Source: Caldimicrobium thiodismutans
GTDB taxonomy: Bacteria > Desulfobacterota > Thermodesulfobacteria > Thermodesulfobacteriales > Thermodesulfobacteriaceae
Assembly: GCF_001548275.1 (NCBI RefSeq)
Contig: NZ_AP014945.1
Coordinates: 1-32,000, forward strand
Length of the DNA: 32,000 nt
Direction of reading: 5' to 3'
Part shown: positions 9,752 to 16,052 of the stretch, piece after piece
How positions within the stretch are numbered: position 1 is the stretch's first letter
Layout: each line of letters starts with the position of its first letter
Position numbers and translations under genes: made by a program
The notes under the pieces: generated by a model
What the model saw: only the letters and a program-made list of their open reading frames with translations
Databases searched by the model: none
Told to the model about the DNA's origin: nothing

Positions 9752-10921
9752 ATGGGAAAAAGGGTAGCTAAGGAAGTTTCCATAGCGGTTGCTGATGCGG
9801 TGGCCCAATGTAAGGTAGATGTGGTCTCCGCTTATCCTATTACTCCACAGACCCACATTGTTGAGCACTTAGCAGATCTGGTCAATAATGGTGAGCTTGA
9901 TGCAGAATACATACCTGTTGAGTCTGAACATGCTGCTATGAGTGCTTGCATTGGTGCAGCTGCAACAGGCGCCAGAACCTTTACCTCTACAGCCGCACAG
10001 GGCCTACTTTTTATGTATGAGATGTTACCAATTGCTTCAGCCTTTAGACTCCCCATTGTAATGGTTATAGCTAATCGAGCTATTTCCGCTCCCATCAGTA
10101 TCTGGAATGACCATGGAGATGTTATGACCATGCGAGATCTTGGTTGGATTCAGACCTTTGCTGAAAATGGTCAGGAGGCAGTGGATCTTGTTTATCATGC
10201 CTATAGAGTAGCAGAAAAGGCTATGCTTCCAGTTGCTGTTAATTTAGATGGTTTTATTGTGACACATGTGGTTGAGCCAGTGGAGTTGCTTGATCAGGAG
10301 CTTGTAGATAAATATATCCCTCCTCTAAAAATGAAACATAAACTTGATCCCAAAAAACCTATTACCATTGGAGCTATTGGTGTTCCTGAAATTTATACTG
10401 AGGCCAGAAAGGCTCAAGATGAGGCTTTCAAGGCCTCTTACAAAGTAGTTGTTAAGGCCTGGCAGGAGTTTGAAAAAATTTCAGGTAGACGGTATCAGCC
10501 CATTGAGACTTATAAGATGGAGGATGCAGAAGTTGCCTTAGTGATAATGGGAAGTTTAGCTGAAACAGCTATGAATACTGTTGATGCCCTGAGGGAAAAG
10601 GGTAAAAAGGTCGGACTCATAAGAATTCGCCTTTGGAGGCCCTTTCCTACTCAGGATTTTATTAAAGCCCTTGGCAAGGTAAAAGCTATTACTGTCTTTG
10701 ACAGGGCTCTGAGTCATGGAGCAACAGGAGGCCCTGTGGGAATAGAGGTAAGAAGTGCTCTCTATCAGTCAAATAAAAGACCCAAGGTGCTCAATCTGAT
10801 CGGTGCTCTGGGAGGAAGAGATGTAACAACTGAGGATTTTGAAGAACTTTTTGACAGAACCTTTAGTTTTATAAAAGCCAAACCAAGGTTTGCATACGAA
10901 ATTTTTGGAGCAAAGGAGTAG
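9752..10921 (+). CDS. porA: 2-oxoacid:ferredoxin oxidoreductase, alpha subunit
   Basis: Pyrimidine-binding domain signature (SAYPITPQT, ESEHAAMSACIGAA). 389 aa. Starts 1 nt after the delta stop. Confidence 0.9.
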   Translation: MGKRVAKEVSIAVADAVAQCKVDVVSAYPITPQTHIVEHLADLVNNGELDAEYIPVESEHAAMSACIGAAATGARTFTSTAAQGLLFMYEMLPIASAFRLPIVMVIANRAISAPISIWNDHGDVMTMRDLGWIQTFAENGQEAVDLVYHAYRVAEKAMLPVAVNLDGFIVTHVVEPVELLDQELVDKYIPPLKMKHKLDPKKPITIGAIGVPEIYTEARKAQDEAFKASYKVVVKAWQEFEKISGRRYQPIETYKMEDAEVALVIMGSLAETAMNTVDALREKGKKVGLIRIRLWRPFPTQDFIKALGKVKAITVFDRALSHGATGGPVGIEVRSALYQSNKRPKVLNLIGALGGRDVTTEDFEELFDRTFSFIKAKPRFAYEIFGAKE

Positions 10922-10925
10922 AGCC

Positions 10926-11885
10926 ATGAGACCAGAACTTGCCAAATTTAAAGGTTTAAATATTAAAGAGCTTCCCAAAGAAGATTGGATTGCCCCCGGG
11001 CATCGTGCCTGTCAGGGGTGTGGGACAGTGCTACCTCTAAAGTTGGCTCTCAAGGTGCTTGGACCAAATACCATAGCTGTCTCTTCCACTGGTTGTATGG
11101 AGATCATTACCAGCCCCTTTCCCTTTACCTCCTGGAAAATCCCTTGGATTCATGTAGCCTTTGAGAACTCAGCCACAGTTGCCTCAGGAATTGATTCCGC
11201 TATTAAGGCTTTGAAAAGAAAGGGAAAAATACCCAAAAGAGAAAAAATAAACATTGTTGTCTTTGCAGGTGATGGAGCAACCTTTGATATTGGTTTACAA
11301 TTTGTTTCAGGAGCCCTGGAAAGAGGACATAACTTCATTTATATCTGCCTTGATAATGAGGCCTACATGAATACGGGTGTTCAAAGATCTGGTGGAACCC
11401 CTTTTCTTGCCCATACAACTACAAGCCCAGCTGGAAAGGTTATCCATGGGAATATAACCTGGAAGAAAAACTTAGATGGTATCATTGCTGCTCATAATAT
11501 ACCCTATTTTGCAACTGCAAGCCCTGCCTTTTATATGGATTATATGAATAAGGTGAAAAAGGCCTCCCTGGTTGAAGGCCCAGCCTTTATCCATGTTTAT
11601 TCTCCCTGTCCCACAGGTTGGGGTTCTAAAGGAGAAGATACTATAAAACTATGTAAGTTAATTGTAGAGACCAGAATATTCCCCCTCTATGAAGTTATTG
11701 ATGGAAAGTATTATATTCTTAATCGTAAAGTGGATAAACCAAAACCCGTTGAGGAATATCTCAAGCTACAAAGGAGATTCCGGCACTTAAAACCTGAAGA
11801 GATTGAAATGATTCAAAAGAGGGTTAACGAGGATTATGAGCGCATAGCTAAGATGTGTGAAGTTTTTGCACCGCCCAAAGATTAA
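10926..11885 (+). CDS. porB: 2-oxoacid:ferredoxin oxidoreductase, beta (TPP-binding) subunit
   Basis: N-terminal Cys cluster (CQGCG), TPP-binding GDGATFDIG...NEAYMNTG. Start set to ATG 10926 after AAGGAG (10913-10918). The track start at 10890 overlaps porA. Confidence 0.9.
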   Translation: MRPELAKFKGLNIKELPKEDWIAPGHRACQGCGTVLPLKLALKVLGPNTIAVSSTGCMEIITSPFPFTSWKIPWIHVAFENSATVASGIDSAIKALKRKGKIPKREKINIVVFAGDGATFDIGLQFVSGALERGHNFIYICLDNEAYMNTGVQRSGGTPFLAHTTTSPAGKVIHGNITWKKNLDGIIAAHNIPYFATASPAFYMDYMNKVKKASLVEGPAFIHVYSPCPTGWGSKGEDTIKLCKLIVETRIFPLYEVIDGKYYILNRKVDKPKPVEEYLKLQRRFRHLKPEEIEMIQKRVNEDYERIAKMCEVFAPPKD

Positions 11886-11889
11886 GCTT

Positions 11890-12149
11890 TGCATAAGTTC
11901 ATATCCTTACAAGAAAATGAAAGGGTGGTAAGAGGTAAGAGGTGAGAGGTAGAAATAATGTGAAAACACATACATTTCATCATCAATGTAGGGGCAGGTC
12001 TGTGTGTCTGCCCCAATAATGCAAAGGAACACATAACGGGCAAACACATAGGGGGCCCCTGCAAAGTGCAGGTTTATTTTCCTACAACCGAAGTAGGAGA
12101 AAAATTTTCTTAAGTCTAAAAAGATATGGACGCACACAGGTTCTTGACA
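11890..12149 (+). repeat. MITE-like modular dispersed repeat, copy A (full length)
   Basis: Both arms align to 15008-15120 (+) and to the reverse complement of 28668-28948. Left arm: TGCATAAGTTCATATCCTTACAAGAAAA plus (GGTRAGA)x3. Right arm: TTTTCCTACAACCGAAGTAGGAGAA...TTCTTAAGTCTAAAAAGATATGGACGCACACAGGTTCTTGACA. The termini are imperfect inverted repeats (13/19, core CATATC). Confidence 0.85.
12058..12080 (+). terminator. weak candidate intrinsic terminator for the por operon (inside repeat copy A)
   Basis: CCTGCA aag TGCAGG (6-bp stem, 3-nt loop) followed by TTTATTTT. The stem is not conserved in copy C, so function is doubtful. Confidence 0.25.
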
Positions 12150-12174
12150 GTAAGAAAAGAGAGATTATTATATA
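12144..12174 (+). promoter_or_regulatory. candidate promoter for tRNA-Gly; the -35 box is supplied by the repeat end
   Basis: TTGACA 12144-12149, TATTAT 12166-12171 (16-nt spacer) or TATATT 12169-12174. The tRNA starts at 12183. Confidence 0.45.
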
Positions 12175-12182
12175 TTTTAAAT

Positions 12183-12259
12183 GCGGGCGTAGCTTAGCCT
12201 GGTAGAGCGACAGCTTGCCATGCTGTAGGTCGCGGGTTCGAATCCCGTCGCCCGCTCCA
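12183..12259 (+). tRNA. tRNA-Gly (anticodon GCC), CCA encoded
   Basis: Manual cloverleaf. Acceptor GCGGGCG/CGCCCGC, D stem GCTT/GAGC, anticodon stem ACAGC/GCTGT with loop TTGCCAT (GCC). T stem GCGGG/CCCGT with loop TTCGAAT, discriminator T, then CCA. Confidence 0.9.
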
Positions 12260-12281
12260 TAAATTTTCAGTGATTGTCAAT

Positions 12282-12971
12282 ATGGAAATTACCTACTACG
12301 GCCATGCCTGTTTTAAAATAGTAAGCCAAGAAGGAAAAAAAATAATTATAGATCCCTGGCTTACTCATCCCCTTGCCCCTGAGGATGTTGATCTTGGGCC
12401 CTATGATTATATTCTTATTACTCATGCCCATGGGGATCATCTTGGTGAGGTTCTGAAACTTTCAAGGACCGCTATTACGGAAGTTATTGCTATACATGAA
12501 ATCCAACAATATCTTCTTGCTAAAGGGGTTCCTAAGGCAACAGGGATGAATATAGGTGGGACCTATCGCACAAATGGAATAAGTTTTACTATGGTTCCAG
12601 CGCTTCATAGTTCTTCTTTTCCTGATGGAACTTATGCAGGGGAGCCTTGCGGATTTATCATTACCCTTGAAATGGGGATGAAAATCTATCATGCTGGTGA
12701 CACAGGTCTTTTTGGTGATATGGCTCTTATAGGAGAACTATATAATCCTGAAATTGCCATGCTTCCCATTGGTGATCATTATGTAATGGGGCCAAAGGAA
12801 GCTGCTAAGGCCTGTCAGTTAATTAAAGCCAAAAAAGTAATCCCTATGCATTACGGAACTTTTCCGATTCTTACAGGAACAGTTGAAGCCTTTAAAGAGG
12901 AACTTGCAAAGTATTCCTTTAAACCCGAGATTATACCCTTAAAACCCGGAGAAACCTACTTCTTAGAGTAA
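12282..12971 (+). CDS. metallo-beta-lactamase-fold metal-dependent hydrolase (UPF0173 family)
   Basis: ITHAHGDHLG motif and end-to-end UPF0173-like layout (ITYYGHACF...HAGDTG...PMHYGTF). Start set to ATG 12282. Confidence 0.85.
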   Translation: MEITYYGHACFKIVSQEGKKIIIDPWLTHPLAPEDVDLGPYDYILITHAHGDHLGEVLKLSRTAITEVIAIHEIQQYLLAKGVPKATGMNIGGTYRTNGISFTMVPALHSSSFPDGTYAGEPCGFIITLEMGMKIYHAGDTGLFGDMALIGELYNPEIAMLPIGDHYVMGPKEAAKACQLIKAKKVIPMHYGTFPILTGTVEAFKEELAKYSFKPEIIPLKPGETYFLE

Positions 12972-12973
12972 CC

Positions 12974-13597
12974 TTGCCACTAATTTTATCCCTTTGCGGT
13001 CATCATAATTCAGGCAAGACTACCCTTGGAACCTTCCTTGTTCAAGAGTTAATTAAAGATGGTTATAAAGTTGGGGTAGTTAAGTCTACTAAGGAAGAAG
13101 GAGCACTTACAGATAAACCCGGCACTGATACCTGGAGATATAGAAGGGCAGGGGCTTATAAAGTTTGTCTCTTCCAAAAGGATTTAGTCACCCTTTATTT
13201 ACCTTCATTCTGTAAGTCTCAGGATTTTTTGGAATATTTGAGGTATCTCTTTTATGATTGCGATCTTTTGCTTCTTGAAGGTTTTAAATATTTAGGGGGA
13301 ATTTCAAAAATTTGGGTTTTAAGTAAAGGGGAAGATCCAGAAGAGATTAAAAAGAACTTATCTATGGTAGAGCTAATTGTTGATTCATCAGAAAAGGATA
13401 GGACATTAGAATATGTTAAAAAAAAGTTAGAAGTGAAATCTAAGACTGAAGTGTCTCTCTGGGTTAATGAAGGAGAAATTACCCTTAAACCTTTTATTCA
13501 GGATATCTTAAAGAATTTAATCCTTGGATTTCTTAGAGGCTTAAAGGGTGTTCCTGAAGAAGTTTATCAGATTGAAGTAAAAATCAAAAAGAAATAA
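12974..13597 (+). CDS. mobB: molybdopterin-guanine dinucleotide biosynthesis adaptor MobB-like P-loop protein with C-terminal extension
   Basis: N-terminal GHHNSGKTTL P-loop followed by VGVVKST...KPGTDTWRYRRAGA, typical of MobB. TTG start 3 nt after the upstream stop. The roughly 60 C-terminal residues are unassigned. Confidence 0.7.
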   Translation: MPLILSLCGHHNSGKTTLGTFLVQELIKDGYKVGVVKSTKEEGALTDKPGTDTWRYRRAGAYKVCLFQKDLVTLYLPSFCKSQDFLEYLRYLFYDCDLLLLEGFKYLGGISKIWVLSKGEDPEEIKKNLSMVELIVDSSEKDRTLEYVKKKLEVKSKTEVSLWVNEGEITLKPFIQDILKNLILGFLRGLKGVPEEVYQIEVKIKKK

Positions 13598-14928
13598 AAT
13601 ATATAAAGTCCTATAGCAATCCCTATAAAATGAAAATATCTTTGGAAGGGGATTTCTCTTTCAAAGTCTTTATAATAAAAATAAAAGACAAGATATAAAC
13701 TCCCTAATAGTGAGAGGGTAAGGAGAAATAAACTAAGATATTTTATAACCGTCTCAGGGATAAAATACTGATAATTTAATAAAGTAGGGATGTTAAATTG
13801 ACGCCCTAAGGTGGGCAAAAAATCTCCTACATTTTTAAAAAAAAATCTGAGTCTATAAATAAGTTCTCCAGTAAAGGCCATGGGAATAAGAATAGCGATA
13901 GTAAGATTAAATTTTCCGAGGATAGGGTCTTCAACGAGTCTAAAATAGCTTGCAGCAAGTTTTGTCAGGACAATTAGGAAAAGGGAAAACCAGAAAAATA
14001 AAAGGGTAAAAAAAAGATGGGGCTCAAAATGGAGACTTTCAACCCAGCTTTGAAAATAAGGTGTATCTTTAAGGAACCGGGCAAGTTGAGACCCTATGAG
14101 AAAGGGAATTACATAAGCACAGGTTATTCCTTTACCTTTATTGAGAATAATTTCTCTTAAAGGATGCCTTAAATAAACAGCAGGAGAATCATATGGGCAA
14201 AGAAGTAGACAATGTCCACAGATAAAACAGTTAAGATTATTTTGAACAGCTACAGCCCCAAGGTAAACAGGACAGGGTTTAATTTTCTCTTTTCCTTTCT
14301 TGCAAAAAGCACCTTTACAGCCTTTACAAACCCTATAATCTGGACGGAATTCAATTAAGGCCATAGTTGATGCAACACCGGTTATTCTTCCAAGAGGACA
14401 AAGATATCTGCACCAGGCATATTCTCTGAAAAGGATACCCATAATACCAGCTAAAAGGACTATACTTAAAATAAAAAGAGCCGTATATCTTGGTGAATAA
14501 ACTAGATCAGTTGTGCTTTCAAGCCAGATGATTAAAAAGAAAAGAGCAGTTGCTATATGTATGCCATAAGTTTTAAGAAATGAAGAAGGTTCTTTTAGGA
14601 GAGAAAGTTTTAGTTTCTGAAATAATCTTGCCAAGCCAGGAAAAGGACAAAGGGCACACCACATTCTACCTAAGAAAAACCAGGATAAAACAAGTGATGA
14701 CCACCAGACTCCCCAGGCCAAGAAAAGCATAATATTTTTTTTAGGGTCTTGAGGGCCAAAAAGTCCCATAAGAATTAGTATAAGAAAAATAATGTCTCCA
14801 AGGGTTCGGATAAGGGCAAAATTCTTCCGATTATAGAAAAAGTTTTTTATTTTTGAACTGATCTTAAAGAGATTAATGCGATTATTCCCTTCAATTTCAG
14901 GCCAAAAAAGAGTTTTTAATATTTTCAT
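13567..14928 (-). CDS. polytopic membrane 4Fe-4S protein (NapH/MauN/CcoG-like polyferredoxin)
   Basis: 453 aa with many hydrophobic helices. Membrane-proximal CxxCP motifs CALCPFPG and CRYLCPLG, plus ferredoxin-type clusters CKGCKGAFCKKG...CP and CFICGHCLLLCP. An additional C-terminal multi-helix region. The 3' end overlaps mobB by 31 nt. Confidence 0.75.
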   Translation of the reverse strand: MKILKTLFWPEIEGNNRINLFKISSKIKNFFYNRKNFALIRTLGDIIFLILILMGLFGPQDPKKNIMLFLAWGVWWSSLVLSWFFLGRMWCALCPFPGLARLFQKLKLSLLKEPSSFLKTYGIHIATALFFLIIWLESTTDLVYSPRYTALFILSIVLLAGIMGILFREYAWCRYLCPLGRITGVASTMALIEFRPDYRVCKGCKGAFCKKGKEKIKPCPVYLGAVAVQNNLNCFICGHCLLLCPYDSPAVYLRHPLREIILNKGKGITCAYVIPFLIGSQLARFLKDTPYFQSWVESLHFEPHLFFTLLFFWFSLFLIVLTKLAASYFRLVEDPILGKFNLTIAILIPMAFTGELIYRLRFFFKNVGDFLPTLGRQFNIPTLLNYQYFIPETVIKYLSLFLLTLSLLGSLYLVFYFYYKDFEREIPFQRYFHFIGIAIGLYIFYFFLIFTSI

Positions 14929-15007
14929 ATAAATTAGATTAAAATTTAAATTATTTTTTCTAAAGAGCTTGTGAAAAAGAGAGCAAAAAGAAGAGATTAA
15001 ATGCTCC

Positions 15008-15120
15008 TATATAAGTTTAGATCCTTACAAAAAAAGAAGGGTGGTAAGAGGTGGGAGGAAAAGTAGTTGAAAAAATCCTATAGAGTCTCAAAAGATATGG
15101 ATGCATGCAAATGCTTGACA
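15008..15120 (+). repeat. MITE-like modular dispersed repeat, copy B (arms only, central module absent)
   Basis: TATATAAGTTTAGATCCTTACAAAAAAAGAAGGGTGGTAAGAGGTGGGAGG...AGAGTCTCAAAAGATATGGATGCATGCAAATGCTTGACA aligns to both arms of copies A and C. It lacks the GC-rich units and the CCTAC/GTAGG hairpin. Confidence 0.8.
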
Positions 15121-15142
15121 ATGGCCTAAATTTACTTATATT
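15115..15142 (+). promoter_or_regulatory. candidate htpX promoter; the -35 box is supplied by the repeat end
   Basis: TTGACA 15115-15120, 16-nt spacer, TATATT 15137-15142. The htpX ATG is at 15175. Confidence 0.45.
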
Positions 15143-15174
15143 TTTTATTAAATTTGGTCATGGAGGTGAAAAAA

Positions 15175-16032
15175 ATGTTTAATGTCTTTAAGACTTTTAT
15201 TTTTCTGGCTATATTAACGGTTCTTTTTATTTTGGTTGGTTCCCTTATTGGCGGTAAAACCGGGGCAACTATAGCCCTTTTTATGGCTGGAATAATGAAT
15301 TTTATAGCCTATTTCTTTTCTGATAAGCTTGTGCTTGCTATGAGTGGAGCTAAGCCAGTAAGCCGTGATGAAGATCCCGAACTCCATGCTATTGTAGAAG
15401 AGGTTGCCAGAAGGGCAGGGATTCCAAAACCTCAGGTATATGTTATCCCTACAGAGACCCCTAATGCCTTTGCAACAGGAAGAAATCCTGAAAAAGGTGT
15501 GGTTGCAGTAACAATGGGGATTAGAAGACTTCTTGATAAAGAAGAGCTTGCAGGGGTAATAGCCCATGAAGTAGCCCATATCAAAAATAGAGACATTCTT
15601 ATTTCCACGATTGCAGCAACTATAGTTGGAGCCATAAGTTATCTTGCTCAAATGGCTCAATGGGCCCTTTTCTTTGGAGGAAGTCGAGAGGATGAAGATA
15701 GAAATCCCCTTGCACTTGTTGGCACCTTAGTTGCTATTATCATTATTCCTATTGCTGCAACCCTTATTCAACTTGCTATTAGTAGAAGTAGAGAGTATTT
15801 AGCAGATGAAACAGGAGCCAGGGTAATTAAAAATCCCCGAGCCTTAGCCAGGGCTCTTGAGAAACTTGATTCCTGGAATAGGGCTTATCCCATGGATGTT
15901 AATCCAGCCCAGGCTCAGATGTTTATCGTTAATCCTCTTTCAGGAAAAAGCCTTTTATCTCTTTTTTCTACTCACCCCCCTATAGAGGAACGGGTAGCAA
16001 GGCTTTATAGAATGGCCCAAGGCGGCTTTTAA
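15175..16032 (+). CDS. htpX: zinc metalloprotease HtpX (peptidase M48)
   Basis: HEVAHI zinc motif, N-terminal and central TM helices, conserved C-terminus ([13 protein letters not shown]). Start set to ATG 15175 after GGAGGTG (15162-15168). Confidence 0.9.
   Translation: MFNVFKTFIFLAILTVLFILVGSLIGGKTGATIALFMAGIMNFIAYFFSDKLVLAMSGAKPVSRDEDPELHAIVEEVARRAGIPKPQVYVIPTETPNAFATGRNPEKGVVAVTMGIRRLLDKEELAGVIAHEVAHIKNRDILISTIAATIVGAISYLAQMAQWALFFGGSREDEDRNPLALVGTLVAIIIIPIAATLIQLAISRSREYLADETGARVIKNPRALARALEKLDSWNRAYPMDVNPAQAQMFIVNPLSGKSLLSLFSTHPPIEERVARLYRMAQGGF
15719..15736 (+). promoter_or_regulatory. sigma-54 (-24/-12) consensus match inside htpX
   Basis: TGGCAC (15720-15725), 5 nt (cttag), then TTGCT (15731-15735). 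This matches TGGCAC-N5-TTGCW exactly. It lies in codons LVGTLVA of htpX, so it may be fortuitous. Confidence 0.25.
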
Positions 16033-16052
16033 TTTTTATTTGGGATTAACCT

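Noticed and set aside
11991-12014. The GGGGCAG/CTGCCCC hairpin considered as the por operon terminator
   Set aside because: It is followed by AATAAT rather than a U-tract, and its 10-nt loop is large. The weaker CCTGCA/TGCAGG+TTTATTTT candidate at 12058-12080 is listed instead, at low confidence.
11882-12137. Two minus-strand ORFs (60 aa at 11882-12064 and 76 aa at 11907-12137) in the porB/tRNA-Gly spacer
   Set aside because: They lie entirely inside repeat copy A. Their reading frames are not preserved in copies B or C and they have no RBS. Their odd Cys/His/Pro-rich peptides come from translating the GC-rich hairpin units.
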